Source of the DNA: Octopus bimaculoides
Taxonomy: Eukaryota
Reading direction: 5' to 3'
Assembly: GCF_001194135.2 (NCBI RefSeq)
Contig: NC_068983.1
Coordinates: 150,456,517-150,511,101 of the forward strand
DNA length: 54,585 nucleotides
Below the pieces are notes generated by a model. It was not told the origin of the DNA and did no database searches. It saw nothing but the letters and a program-made list of their open reading frames with translations. Position numbers and translations under genes: made by a program. The number at the start of each line of letters is the position of its first letter. The stretch's first letter is position 1. Positions 25,741 through 39,502 of the stretch are shown here, in pieces.

Positions 25741-26262
25741 GGTACTCAGAAACCTGGATGTTTGTACATTTACAGATTTTTATTAATGTCACATATTAAA
25801 TGAAGCGCTTTTTACCTAGTCGTGTAGGTTTTTCAAATTGTTTTGAGAAAACTTTCTAGCGGGTCTCTTTATATAGTTTTATTGAGTGTGTGGGGTGGAG
25901 AGTGAGATATATAGGATAGTAAGAGAGGNNNNNNNNNNAATTAAGGTACTCAGAAACCTGGATGTTTGTACATTTACAGATTTTTATTAATGTCACATAT
26001 TAAATGAAGCGCTTTTTACCTAGTCGTGTAGGTTTTTCAAATTGTTTTGAGAAAACTTTCTAGCGGGTCTCTTTATATAGTTTTATTGAGTGTGTGGGGT
26101 GGAGAGTGAGATATATAGGATAGTAAGAGAGGGTGAGGAAAAGTGAGAGAGAGAGAGTGTGTGAGTGTGTGTTTTTTTGTGTTGGTGTGTGTGTGTCTGT
26201 GTGTGTCGATGGGAAAGAGAAAAGAAGAAAATTGGGTACAAACATCCAGGTTTCTGAGTACC
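25741..26262. mobile_element. TTAA-flanked MITE with 27-bp TIR GGTACTCAGAAACCTGGATGTTTGTAC (Kolobok-like); true length about 318 bp
   Basis: TTAA|GGTAC...GTACC|TTAA. The left ~190 bp occurs twice identically across a 10-N gap, which points to an assembly overlap. Confidence 0.85.
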
Positions 26263-27562
26263 TTAATTTTTTTCTCTCTTTCTCTCTCTCTATATATATA
26301 TATTGGCTAAACTGGCAACACGACCATCCCCAAATACAACATTATATATATATATTTAGACCAAAGTGTACGTATGCCGCTATATATATAAATGATACAA
26401 AATGGGACAAGAACGCAAAACATTCAGATAGACAATACAAAGAAAACAAGGACGGGTCAGTCAGTGTTTTCTTTCCTCAGTCGAGTTCCAGATTATCTTT
26501 GCAATTTTGGCTGGTTATACTCGATTATTTATATACACATTTGACAGAATAATCTGAATGCTAAAGGGTTAAATATGCATCTTGGGCAACATCATAATGG
26601 TTTCACTAGTGTATATGATGGCTATGGACACAGTACTCAAAAATGAGGAGGCATCAAACCTACAGGGATTTTGATGATGCAAATGACCTAACCATTAGCA
26701 AAACTAACTTCAGAAAACTGTGTAGCCACTTGATTGCACACCAATCGATTGAACATACATGCTGGACAGTTGTGTGTGAAAGCTAAGTCATTTCTTGAAG
26801 AATGCACAGCTCAATATCATCATCATCATCATCATCGTTTAACGTCCGCTTTCCATGCTAGCATGGGTTGGACGATTTATTTATTGGGACTGGTGAACCA
26901 GATGGTTACACCAGGCTCCAATCTGATTTGGCATGATTATTAACCTCAGCAAGCTTCTCAATCACACATAAGTATATACATATAATTTAGGATGTTAAAG
27001 GACTCAAGACTTGTCAAGCCAAGTGAAATAGAATTTATGCCTGTTGCCAGTGTCATGTAAATGGCACCTGTGAAATTGTAATTGTAACCACTGCCAGTAG
27101 CATGATTTTTGAATGTTGGGCCTCAAGGAGGTGAGGGACGGAGTGGTGAAGCATGGTCTTCCAATGTTCATTTTCACAGAGGTGATGACAAGTGACCAAG
27201 ACCTTTGGTAATAGGCTGTGCTTGAGAAGACTTGCCAAGCCAAGTGAAATCATAGTTGCAGCCATTGCCTGTATCATGTAAATGGCACATGTGAAATTGT
27301 AGTCATGGCCATTGCCAGTGTCATGTAAATGGCACCTGTACTAGCGGCACATAAAAAGCACCCATTACACTCTTGGAGCAGTTGGCATTAAGAAGGGCAC
27401 CCAGCCATGGAAACTGTGTCAAATCAGACTGGAACATGGTGTAGCTCTCCATCTTACCAGTTCCAGTCAAACTGTCTAATCCATGCCAGCATGGAAAGCG
27501 AATATTAAATGATGATGATGATGATGACTGATTGAAATCCTGGCCATGCCCATGATATTTAT

Positions 27563-27706
27563 CAGGCAAAGGCAACCTTTTTCAAGAAATGGGCCACATA
27601 GACATAGCTCATCATCAGATGGACCCCTCTACCAAAAATATTCAAGGTCATTTTTCATTTGCATGCCGTTCAGAAAGTTCTGTGGGACACAGTTCGCCCA
27701 TGATTG
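27563..27706. mobile_element. Diverged hAT-type MITE
   Basis: CAG/TTG termini with degenerate TIR and TSD atatttat/atatgtat (7/8). Confidence 0.6.
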
Positions 27707-27955
27707 ATATGTATTATGTCATCATGTGTTACACGCGGCCAGACCCTCAGTGATCACTTCCACTGTTAAAAGTGAAAGTGGTTGTAATAAAGGAAAGGAA
27801 ACTGTGAGTGGCTCCTTATGTCCAAACAATAAAGTGAAGCCGATTCGGGGGGGGGGGAGGGAAGAGACAGAGAGTATGGAATCAACTTCGTTATTTGACT
27901 GGTACTTATATTGTTGTGACTGACTGTCACTTTTAAGCTACTAAATGCAGGCAAG

Positions 27956-28030
27956 AAGGATCAGTTTACATAACTGCAGCATTAAGGATCAGTTTACATA
28001 ACTGCAGCATTAAGGATCAGTTTACATAAC
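27956..28030. repeat. 28-bp tandem repeat, about 2.7 identical copies
   Basis: aaggatcagtttacataactgcagcatt repeated exactly. Confidence 0.95.
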
Positions 28031-28434
28031 CACTTGAAGGAGTGCTGCACTCCTCCATGAACTTTGGATATGAAAAAACTTCCATCAAGCTGTTGAGCCC
28101 AGAATAACAAGAGGTCAATGAAATAATTCTGTGTGTGTGTGCTTGTATACATATGCCCTTGTGAAGGCTTGTAGCATGTTCAGTATCTGTATTCATTAGC
28201 ACACACATATATACATATTCATATACATATAAGCAAGGAATCTTCTCAAATTCTAGCCAACTATATACACTGGAAGCAGCCATCCTGGGTGAAGGAGTTG
28301 GATTTTTAAGTTCTCATTTATCTGAGCACTACTCTGTGGATATCTATACTACACTTGCTTTGTGTTATCCAGTACACCATATGTGTGTGTGTGTGTGTGT
28401 GTGTGTATATCTTTTGTCATTTTTTAAAATCTTT

Positions 28435-28820
28435 TACATGTATCAGTCATTAGACAGTGGCCATGCTGGGGCACTGCCTTGAAGAACTTTTAGTCAAATG
28501 AATCAACCCCAGTACTTTTTTAAAGCTTAGTACTTATTCTATCAGTCGCTTTTTGCTGAACGACTAAGTTACAGTATTGTAAACACACCAACACCGGTTG
28601 TCAAGCAGTTGTAGGGGACAAGTACAGACAAAAAAACCCAAAAAACCACACACAGACATGATGGATTTCTTTCAGTTTCCACCAATCAAATCCACTCAAG
28701 GCTTTGGTTGGCCCAAGGCTATAGCAGAAAACACTTGCCCAAAGTACCATGCAGTGGGACTGAACCTGGAACCATGTTGTTGGGAAGCAAACTTCTTACC
28801 ACATTGCCATGTGCAGGCAT
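28435..28820 (-). mobile_element. CORE-like SINE
   Basis: Colinear with 46065-46462. Confidence 0.85.
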
Positions 28821-28974
28821 TACTAGGTGGTTAAGTAGATTTCTTCACATTTGCGAGGTCCTGGGCTTTACTCCTAGCTTTTCCGGTCAGATGGACTATA
28901 CCAATCATTCAAGATGGTCGACCTTGTTGCATTTTGTGTCATTACATTAAGGGTATGCGCATCTGTGAAATAAA

Positions 28975-29296
28975 AGAGTAAAGACCCCCTTCAGTTATGC
29001 ATGACCATGGGATTTCACTTAGAAAGTTACCCTTTGAGGCATAAGTCTGTTGTTTATGGAAGACCAGCAGTTACCCATGCATACCATCCTCTCCTCTCCA
29101 ATGTCATCCAAAGGAAAAGTAAAGCTTGATACAGCTTGGCACCAGTGATGTTGCAACTCATTTCTACAGCTGAGTGAACTGGAGCAATTTGAAATAAAGT
29201 GTCTTGCTTAAGAACACAACACACAGCCTGGTCGGGGAATCGAACTCACTACCTCATGATTGGGAGCCCGATGCTCTAACCACTGAACCATATGTC
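28975..29296 (-). mobile_element. tRNA-derived SINE (different family)
   Basis: B-box (rc of ggggaatcgaactc) and a ctccagttcactcagctgt core also seen at 37130-37200. Confidence 0.7.
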
Positions 29297-30004
29297 TTCT
29301 GTGGCATCATCGTATATATAATATACAGATGAATAGAAAATGTATGCACCACCCATTGTGTGTATATGTAGATTATATATATACAGTTGTGTACATATAT
29401 ATATATGACTACATGTTATTTCTGTACACATAGCTTCTTTTACTTGTTCCAGTCATTGGACTGCAGTCATGCTGGAGCACTGCTTTGAAGAGTTTACTTT
29501 TAGTCAAAGAAATCAACTCTAGTATCTTATTCTGTTTTTCAAGTCTGGTGCTGATTCTATTGGTGTCTTTTTGCTGAATTGCTAAGCTATGGGGACATAA
29601 ACAAAACAATACCAGTTGTCAGATAGTGGGGGAAAGGGACAAACACACACGCATGATCAAAGACATTCCAACCATGACCATTACTTTTTTTTAGGGTAAA
29701 AGGCAACCGTGCCAGTGACATGTAAAGGACACCCATGCTGATTGACACATAAAAGGCACCTGTGCTGGTGGCACATAAGAGGCATCTAGTACACTGTGGT
29801 TGGCATTAGGAAGGGTATCCAGCCATAGGAACCAAGCCAAAACAGATGACTGGAGCCTTGTGCAGCTCTCTAGCTTATTACCAGCTCAGGTCAAAACCAT
29901 CTAACCCATACCAGCATGGAAAACAGACGTTAAATGATGATGATGATGATGATGCAGGACTACACTATCTAATGTGCTTTTTCCTTTTCTCAAGAGTTGG
30001 AGGG

Positions 30005-30620
30005 TATGATTTGAGGGAGATTTGGAATTTTTAGATGAAATATAGAAGCAGGTGGTTCAAAAACTGCCTGAGTGGTGGGGGAGTTCATGCTGATTCCCAT
30101 ATTTACCAAAAGTAAGATCTTGTGTATTTCTACTGTCATAAACCCACTGCAAAGCATTCAAAATGGAATCTAATTGAACTGATGGCATTTTTGTATCACT
30201 GCAGGAGGAATAAATTTGTAAATGATCAATGTTTGGAATCCATAATGGCAGATTTTTGGTCAAAATGTGAAATTTTTGGCAATTTGTTAAGTTTCTATTT
30301 TTTCCTAACCACACATATATTACCAAAATATGTTTTTACTAAAAGATAATTTGAATGTTAAAGAATGATTTTATTTTGGCAAGGAAGATACTGCTCTGAG
30401 TTGTGTTTTTTTTTCTTTCTCCCAGTGGACTTTAAGTTTGGAGGAAAGAATTCATAGAAGCTTTGTGGTAATTTAGAACTACATAGCGTGGGGAAAATTA
30501 TGCTGATTTATTACATGGAAATTCTGAAACACTGAAAGATTACAGTGTTGCATTCAAACATGTACATGCTGATGAGTTACAAGAACAGCTGGTGATGGAA
30601 GAACTTTGATTGATGTGTAC
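30005..30620 (+). mobile_element. Ancient RTE-like RT remnant
   Basis: Across frameshifts it reads LEFLDEI..QKLPEWW, MLIPIFTK, RRNKFVNDQ, VDFK, matching the RTE order LEFL..MPEEW..LVPIFK..FRRNK..DQ..FVDFK. Confidence 0.55.
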
Positions 30621-32252
30621 GAGGTGGTTTAAAGATGTACTGTGGAAAAGAATATAGTTTTATACATAATATAAATGGAGAAAATTCTTGAGTGACACAT
30701 AAACTTGCTTAAAGACTGTCCACTAACGATGTTAATGCCAAAAAGGATCTGGCAAAAATCAATCATCTTGTAATTGTAGCAAAATTCACAAACAAGAAAT
30801 TTAAGGTAAAAATATTAGAGATGGCATGGTTTTCTTTTTTTCTTCAAAATCATCATGAACATCTCTTAGCTCTCTCACAATTAGATCCATAAATTATTGA
30901 TGCAGAATTATTGACCTAGAGTATAGAACAGGAAAAAACAAACTGAACAAGAAATTAATGAAGCAAAGAAAGTGCAATCCATCACTGCTAGTCTTTTACA
31001 AACCTGAAATTCAAGGAGTGGTCCATGCACAAGCATGCATGAATTAGAGAACACCCTCTCAACAAGAAGTGAAATTAGTGATGTAATTGAGAAGACAGAA
31101 TTATTGTAATCAGAAACACCCATCCTATTTGAATGATAAGAAAAAAAAAATCTGAACTTTTCCAGTTGATAAATCTTACATGAATAAAGGCTGGGTATTT
31201 TGTTTGTGCTTTACAGCAATGATGAATTTTAACCACAAGTCAAAATTAAACTAGGGTAAAAAAAAAAGAAAAAAAAAGGAAAATGTGAAGAGGGTCTGAA
31301 AAAGTCCATCAACAACAGCTGACCTCTATTTTGAGTTTAAAACATATGTGCACAAGTGTACAAACATTTTATGTCAATGTATTCACTGAACAAGGTGGCA
31401 AGCCAGCAGAATCATTAGCAAGCTAGGCAAAATGCTTAGTGACATTATGTCAGTCTTCGTGTTCTGAGTTCAAATTCCATTCAGGTCAACTTTGCCTCTC
31501 ATCCTTTCAGGGTCGATTAAATAAGTACCAGTTGAGTACTGGGGTTGATGTAATTGACTTACCCCCTCCCTTGAAATTGTTGGCATTATGCCAAGATTTG
31601 AAATCAATATAATCATTGAACACTGCCACTCCCAAACTAAAAGATTATACACTTTTATATTTTAAATTAAATGTGGATAGAGAGAGGAAATAGAGAATAA
31701 GAATAAAAATCAACATTGTATCTTCTGGTGCTTAAAATATACAAAATAATTCTATCATCAACCATTTAACCAGCAGTTAAGCATGGAATAAATTACACAC
31801 GTCAGTCATCGACTATCAGGACACTATCCTTCAGAAATTCCATGCTTTCTGCAATCTGTCAACACACGATTCCTTCTCTATGGCTCTTTCACTATGAATT
31901 TTGCCATGCTTTATCATTTGTACTCTGCATGTAGTTTTGGTTATTGATATTATGTTCTTTCTTGCCTTACTACTGCTTTGTCACCTGTTTTACCCTTTCT
32001 TGATGAGTTATAGGCACTTGGGCATTGTATAGAATAAACCCTGTTACGACATATGTGAGTGATTGTGCATGTATTCCTTACACAGTTGCTATGTCATGTG
32101 AATGACAAATTTACAGCAATGTGATTACAGCAGTGGCATTCAGAAAGGAAAAAGTAGATACTGGAGCTCAATGCAGTCCTTGGACTCATTGTGTCACTTC
32201 AAACTGTTCATCCCATGCCAACAAGGAACCTGGACATTAAAAGATGATGGCG

Positions 32253-32284
<32 letters not shown>

Positions 32285-32534
32285 GGAGAGAGAGAGTGAG
32301 CAAAGTACTTCATTACACGTTGCTCTGCGATCATTTTGACATCTGATATGTGACGCTCAGTTGCACCCGTACAGGTAATGTTGATCTGATGGAGGGAGTG
32401 AGCTTATGTCTACACAAACATTTGATCACTACAAACAAATCATCTGTATGGTTGTTCGGTAAGAAATTGTCGAACCCTCATATGTTGTCTAATGACAAGA
32501 AAGTCCTAACAACAAGGTCTAATATCTACTCTTA

Positions 32535-32573
<39 letters not shown>

Positions 32574-33724
32574 TGTGTGTGTTTATGTATGCATGTTGTC
32601 CTAAGACATGTCCATGATTTAAAACTTGGGTTCAGATTTCCATCAATTGCTTATGACACTTGTTACCTTTTCAGTTTCTCTGATCTTTTGAGGCTTTTAA
32701 GATAGAATGTTTCTCTTCATTTCCTTTGCCTTATTTACAATTTGATGTATGTGTATACAAACAAACCCTTACATCTACATACACGGAAAACTATCAGTAA
32801 CATCTACTTTTTTTGAGTACAAGACAAAGTAGGAGTTTGTACATGGTTACTCAAATTCTTAAAAACAGTAGTGAAATATCTGCCAGTCTAATACTTTACT
32901 CTTTAAGAGAAAATGAAGGATATATGGTTTGGAAATAGGAAAGAATGGTCATGGCTGGAATGCATTGATCATAGGTTTGCTTAGGAATTGTGCTGGGGTT
33001 AAACAACATTACCAGTTATGAAGAGACAGAATAGAAATTAATCTGGCAGGAAAATTGTCATTAAACTGGAAGACAACATTAAGAGAACAAATACTATATA
33101 TATTATCACAAGTCATACATACATACATACATACATATAAAACATGGATTGTTATATACATTCACAGGATCTGTTAAAATATCAAATGTATGTGAACATG
33201 TTAATATATAATTAGCGTTTCAGTTAAATTGAACAAAGAAAAACCAAAGCGGATCTACATCTGCTTATGAAAGGTTATTGGTGAAATAAGGACGAAGGTT
33301 AGAATAATTAAATCTATTAAGAGAGCAAGCGTGTATGTGTCGTTAGCAGGATTATAAACTGGCTGTAGTGAGATAACAGTAATGGTTTTTAATGTTGGCA
33401 CAGGGTGACAAATTGTGGAGGGTGGGAATAATCAATTAAGTCGATAATAATGTAACCATTGTCAGATTCGGTAGAGTGTCAGAGAAAGTGTCTCGCGATA
33501 TTTAGTAACGCCTATTTATGTTTTGAATACAAATTCTGTCAGGGTCAACTCTGCCTTTCATCTTTCTGTGGGGAGCGGGGAATGATAAATATATATCAAT
33601 TGAGTATTGAGCTTAATACAATGAACTATAACCTTCTCTGTAAATTTGGCCTTGTAACAGTTTCGGAAAGCAAATATTATCAATATATATAATATGCTGC
33701 ATGTCTTTTTGTATATGCATATAT

Positions 33725-34195
33725 ATATTCTTTTATTTGTTTCAGTCATTTGACTGCGGCCATGCTGGAGCACCGCCTTTAGTCGAACAAATTGACCCCA
33801 GGACTTATTCTTTGTAAGCCTAGAACTTATTCTATCGTCCCTTTTGCTGAACTGCTAAGTTGCGGGGATGTAAACGCACCAGCATCGGTTGTCAAGTGAG
33901 GGTGGGAGGACAAACACAGACACACAAACATACATATCATCATTATCATTTAACATCTGTTGTCCATGCTGGCATGAGTTGGACAGTTTGATTGGGCTGC
34001 CACGCTGGAAGGCTGCACTATATATATGACAGGCTTCTTTCAGTTTCCGTCTACCAAATCCACTCACAAGGCTTTGGTTGGCCCAAGGATATAGTAGAAG
34101 ACAATTGCCCAAGGTATCATGCAGTGGGACTGAACTTGGAACCATGCAGTTGGTAAGCAACCTACTTACTGCACAGCCACTCCTGTGCCTATACA
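33725..34195 (-). mobile_element. CORE-like SINE interrupted by an RTE tail fragment (about 33940-34015)
   Basis: The SINE sequence resumes after the inserted catcatcatttaacatctg... segment. Confidence 0.8.
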
Positions 34196-34419
34196 TTTTT
34201 TGTGAGTAACACTTTAATGTTTGTGGCTGTTGAATTTGTTCCACTTTATAATACTTATACTATCTAAATCACTTAACATGAGCTGGAGTCGTTCTGTTTA
34301 TTTTTTGTATTTATCTCATAATGCTTAAATGAAAATTTTCTAAACTATACAAGTGTTTCTACACTCTTGCTATAACAGCATCTTTACTTAGTTATTCTGT
34401 TTGTCTTTTGTACATTCAG

Positions 34420-34504
34420 CTTCATTCTCTTGTCTTACATATAATAAAATACAATGAACTGGTCATGCAGAAAATTGGAAACAAAAGCAACAAACAGAGT
34501 GGGA
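34420..34504 (+). CDS. Possible exon, LHSLVLHIIKYNELVMQKIGNKSNKQSG
   Basis: Acceptor tttgtcttttgtacattcAG, donor GTGAGT, one open frame. No recognisable homology. Confidence 0.2.
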
Positions 34505-34814
34505 GTGAGTGACAGTCAGAAATGCTAAATGCAGGTGAACTGTAATGAAATGTTTTGCTCTGAAGTTGTCAGTATTTTAATCAAAATGAAACTAAATTTT
34601 TATCATAAATCATATTTATTTTATCAATTTCACATACACAAACCTTAATATATATGAAATTGAATATCAAACTTGTTTGCTATCAAAGTATTATTGCTTA
34701 CATAACATTTATAAATTTTATATAGATACATATACACGCACAGACACACACACACACACACATTCTTTCATTTTTTTTTTAGTTCATTTTTCTATGCCTG
34801 CCCTTTCTGAAACT

Positions 34815-35824
34815 ATCATCATCATTGTTTAATGTCCGCTTTGCATGTTAGCATGGGTTGGATAGTTTGATTGAAGACTGGCAAGCTAGGAGGCTGCACC
34901 AGGCTCCAATGTAATCCTGCAAGGTTTCTTCAGCTGGATGCCCTTCCTAACGACAACCACTCTGAGTGTAGTGGGTGCTTTATACGTGCCCCCAGCACAG
35001 GTGCCAGTCAGGCGGCACTGGCATTGACCATGCTCGAATGGTTCTTTTTACATGCCACTGGCATGGGAACCATTCAGGCATGCACTGGCATTGACCATGC
35101 TCGAATGGTGCTTTTTACATGCCATTGGCGTGGGAACCAGTCAGGTGGCACTGGCTTTAGTCATGCTCAAATGGTGCTTTTTATGCGCCACCGGCACTGG
35201 TATCGGCCATGACTATGATTTCACTTGACTCAGCAGGTCTTTTCAAGCACAGCATATTGCTCGACGATTGAAGGGTACTTTTAAATGGGCTGGTTATGCG
35301 ACATTGGCATCAGCCATGGCTATGATCTCACTTGACTTGCTGGGTCTTCTTAATCACATCTACCCAAAGGTCTTGGTTGCTTGTCATTGCCTCTGTGAGG
35401 CCCAACGTTCGAAGGTTTTGCTTCACCCTCTCATCTTATGTCTTCCTGGGTCTACCTCTTCCACAGGTTCCTTCCACTGTTAGGGAGTGATACTTCTTCA
35501 CACAGCTGTCCTCATTCAAATGCAACACATGGCCATGCCAGCACAGTCGTCTCTCTTGTACACCACATCTGATGCTTCTTATATCCAACTTTTCTCTCAG
35601 AGTGGTTACACTCTGTCATATATGCACACTGGCATTACACATCCAGTGGAGCATACTAGCTTCATTCCTTTCTAGCCTACGCATGTCCTCAGCAGTCACA
35701 ATCCATGTTTCACTGCCGTATAGCATGGTTGTTCACACACATGCATCATACAGTGTACCTTTGACTCTGAGCGAGAGGCCCTTTATTACCAGCAGAGGTA
35801 GGAGCTCCCTGAACTTTGCCTGGG

Positions 35825-35826
<2 letters not shown>
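34815..35826 (-). mobile_element. RTE LINE 3' end with UTR and tail
   Basis: Minus strand reads AKFRELLPLLVIKGLSLRVKGTLYDAC...YGSETW, followed by the UTR and (GAT)n. Confidence 0.9.
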
Positions 35827-35856
<30 letters not shown>

Positions 35857-36173
35857 NNNNNNNNNNNNNNNNNNNNNNNNNNNNNNNNNNNNNNNNNNNN
35901 NNNNNNNNNNNNNNNNNNNNNNNNNNNNNNNNNNNNNNNNNNNNNNNNNNNNNNNNNNNNNNNNNNNNNNNNNNNNNNNNNNNNNNNNNNNNNNNNNNNN
36001 NNNNNNNNNNNNNNNNNNNNNNNNNNNNNNNNNNNNNNNNNNNNNNNNNNNNNNNNNNNNNNNNNNNNNNNNNNNNNNNNNNNNNNNNNNNNNNNNNNNN
36101 NNNNNNNNNNNNNNNNNNNNNNNNNNNNNNNNNNNNNNNNNNNNNNNNNNNNNNNNNNNNNNNNNNNNNNNNN

Positions 36174-36685
36174 TAGGGATAGAAGAATGGTTAGTGAGAG
36201 CTGTGTGAGCCATGTACAGAGACGCTGTCAGTAAGGTGAGGGTTGCCAATGAGTACAGTGAAGAATTCCAGGTAGAGGTAGGGGTCCACCAAGGTCCAGT
36301 CCTCAGCCCCCTCCTATTTATCATAGTCCTCCAGGCAATAACACAAGAATTCAAGACAGGATGCTCCTGGGAGCTCCTCTATGCTGATGACCTTGCACTA
36401 ATTGCTGAGTCACTATCAGAACTAGAAGCAAGTGTATCTGTCAGGTGTGGAAGCAAGGACTAGAATCAAAGGGCCTTAGAGTCAACCTAGCTAAAACCAA
36501 AGTCCTAATAAATAGGAAGGTAGACAAAACACAAACCCCTTCAGGTAGATGGCCCTGTTTGATTTGCAGAAAAGGCGTAGGTAGAAACTCTATAAGATGT
36601 ACCCAGTGTAAGCTATGGACATGTAAGAGGTGCAGCAATATCAAAGGAAGGCTAACTAGGAAGTTAGTTTTTGTATGTGGCAGTC
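36174..36685 (+). mobile_element. RTE LINE RT core fragment
   Basis: GVHQGPVLSPLLFIIVLQAITQEFKTGCSWELLYADDLALIAES...WKQGLESKGLRVNLAKTKVL. Confidence 0.93.
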
Positions 36686-36939
36686 CATACAAAAACTATC
36701 AACATAGCTTTTCTCATGACATGGACAATGACAAGGTTATTATATCCAGTAAGGATATGTCTGAATATTGTAATTACACAACCGTACAGTTATATGATTA
36801 ATACACTGTATTTTTGCTCATGACTTTTACAAAGTCATACAGTTCTACCAAAGAAACGTTCGGCTATTTGTCACACGTACTTTCCATAGGATTACCAAAG
36901 AGATTTGTAAGGATTCCTTATTTTTGTGTGGTAATAGCT

Positions 36940-37235
36940 GTAACTGGCATTTCGTCGGTTACGACGACAAGGGTTCCAGTTGATCCGGTCAACGGAACAG
37001 CATACTCGTGAAATTAATGTGCAAGTGGCTGAGCACTCAATAGATACACATAGTCTTAATGTAGTTCTCCGGGAGATTCAGCGTGACGAAATCTGACCAA
37101 GCTGGCAGTTCAAAATACAGATTGTACTCATTTTAACCAGCTGAGTGGACTGGAGCAACGTGAAATAAAATTTCTGGCTCAAGGACAAGACGTGCCGCTG
37201 GGAACCGAACTGACGACCTTACGATTGTGAAATAC
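36940..37235 (-). mobile_element. tRNA-derived SINE sharing its 3' half with 9799-10170
   Basis: Reverse-complement match of gtgctcagccacttgcacgttaatttcac...ggatcaactggaaccc. Confidence 0.75.
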
Positions 37236-37619
37236 CTTAGTCACAAAGCCACGTATAGAAAGGAACAAACAAGAAGTTATGTTTATGTTTTTCACAAGCA
37301 GAATTTGTGACAAGTCTAATAATACCAACAGCCAAGTTTTCTTGATTAGGAGATAAAAAGAAAATAATCAACCTTGTGGAGAAATACGTAAAGTTAAATC
37401 CATTCAGCTATACACTGATACTTATTTTAAGGACATCGAGTTGATGTAAGAAAGGCTTGAGTTGGTTCCGGCATGATTTGTAACAAGAACAATGAGGTAC
37501 TGAACCTATTTAGCGACGCATCTAGCTCCATATTTAACTGACTCGACTTTAAAAAGATGAAAAACGAAATGACAAGCTGCTCATCTACTCCCAGACACAC
37601 GGAATTGAGCAGGCTTCAC

Positions 37620-38095
37620 GACCCCTGAAGAAATCTTCATGTGGTCATTTAACCTGCTAGAAATAACAGAAATAAATCTTTCTCAAATTGATCCTTGCCA
37701 TCTTAAGAAATGGGAAGGACACATTGGCTAATGTAGTCTCAGATACACTGTGCCCCCCCCCCACCAAAGACGGGTTGGCCATAACTAGAATGCCTTTGAT
37801 TATATCAATCAGGGCTGACTCGGAATTTTGACAACTTAGTTTTCTTAGCAAGGACGATGAAAGAATTAAAAAAACCCGCAAAACATGAATTAGGGAGCCT
37901 TTACATTATCGTACGACTTGCTAGAAATAGTAGCCGAATTACTGTCAAATCACACGACAATCTTAGAAAAGGACACATATAATGAGGAAATGGGCTCCAA
38001 ACACGGGGAAAAAAGACGGGATAGTCATGGCTGAAAACCTTTGAATATATGATCAAGGTTGAGCTGAGGGTTAAACATTAACATCAGCAACTAGC
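37620..38095 (+). mobile_element. Two adjacent copies of an unclassified SINE-like repeat (ctagaaatagcagccaaat...)
   Basis: The motif recurs at about 8020, 10700, 22860(-), 23800(-), 25040, 32830, 44995, 45830(-), 48100 and 48880(-). Confidence 0.6.
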
Positions 38096-39502
38096 ATTAA
38101 TGTCACGGTGTCAGCAAAAGCCAATATAGTAAAATGAAGAAAGCTAAGTTTTGTGATAGAGGGGGAATAAAAAGTTGACTTCAATAAACCACGCTTCGCG
38201 AGAGAACAAAACACAAGCTAGAACCTGATGTAACCGTTGATAAAATTTTATAACTGAAAACATTCTCGTATACTGTGGGAAGTGAGTTCTGATGAAGACG
38301 GGCTCAAATCGGAAAGGTCATTTCTCAGGGCACACATGCTGTTCTCATCTTACGAATTCTTGAGAAAATGGTCGAATTTCAACTGAAAGTTTTAAAGATA
38401 ACAAAGTAAAGTAGAAAAGAACGGAGGCATACCTATGGCCGTTAATACTTGGAATTGTCAACAACATTAATACTAAGACGAAATATTTCCTCTTTCAAAT
38501 TATTCTTAAGATCTAGGTTAGATCGAGCAAAACTATTCTGTTTTCAGGCACGGAGAAAAGTACTTTTCTTTTTGGTCTTATAATACGCTGTCTTATTAAA
38601 ACTAATAAAACAAAGCCATTTTTTTTTTCAAGTCAGAAGAAAGAAAAAAAAAATCGATTAAATATTGTATAATACTGATACTTATTACATCGACCTTGGA
38701 ACGATAAAAGGCATTGTCGACTCCAGAGGTTTCAAGATCTTTTACAGCCCTAATTAATTTCTTATATTGGCATAAGTTCACAAGTACATAATCACTTGAA
38801 ACAGCCCTACAATATATTTGTTAACTATTTAATGGATAAAGAGAACAAAATATAAACCCTCGTGGAATCTGAACAACCATATGCTGAACAACGAAATATC
38901 GTTTGTTAGTAATTAAGGCATAAACTGTCATTTACAATACACAAGAAATCAAATTTAGAGAGGAGAGAGAAAGATGACAGTAAGCCTTTCTCAAATGCCA
39001 CTAAATCACATGTGAGGGCGTTAGACACCATCTGCTGTCCTGTAATTTTCTTACAATGGCACAGCACCAAACGAAAGGGCTGTACACCCATAAATAACAA
39101 CAGCAACAAATCAGAATATAAAATGAGTTTGTATTGTAACCGAGTTGTTGCTTTTGCGACCTTGAGGCATAAAGTAATACTGTCCACCTGAAATATTGAA
39201 GTACCTGAGACTACACACCCACATCTGTGATGTGTAACAGCGAAAATAATAGTTATAGATATCAATCTTTCATCTATCGCTATTCTATTAAAATATTAAC
39301 TTCAATAGCTTTCCAGAAACGACAAATTTCTCAAAAAATATATACAAGTGATAAACAGCTACATTGGCGCAATACTACAAACATTAAGCGACGATCGACA
39401 CCAGGTGTTGTTAGCTCGGGGTTTGCTTCGATGAAGCAGATCAAAAACATTAAAACACCATATTATTTTTTTCTGACACAAAATTCTTACACAAACTAAT
39501 GT

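Noticed and set aside
25741-26132. Tandem duplication of about 190 bp
   Set aside because: Identical copies on either side of a 10-N gap, so an unmerged contig overlap.
30035-30810. Several plus-strand exon candidates with good splice sites
   Set aside because: The region up to about 30620 aligns by eye to RTE RT motifs across frameshifts, and the remaining candidate has no partner exon.
38288-38320. CTGATGA...GAAA hammerhead candidates (also about 46968)
   Set aside because: No proper stem II/III arrangement or cleavage triplet.
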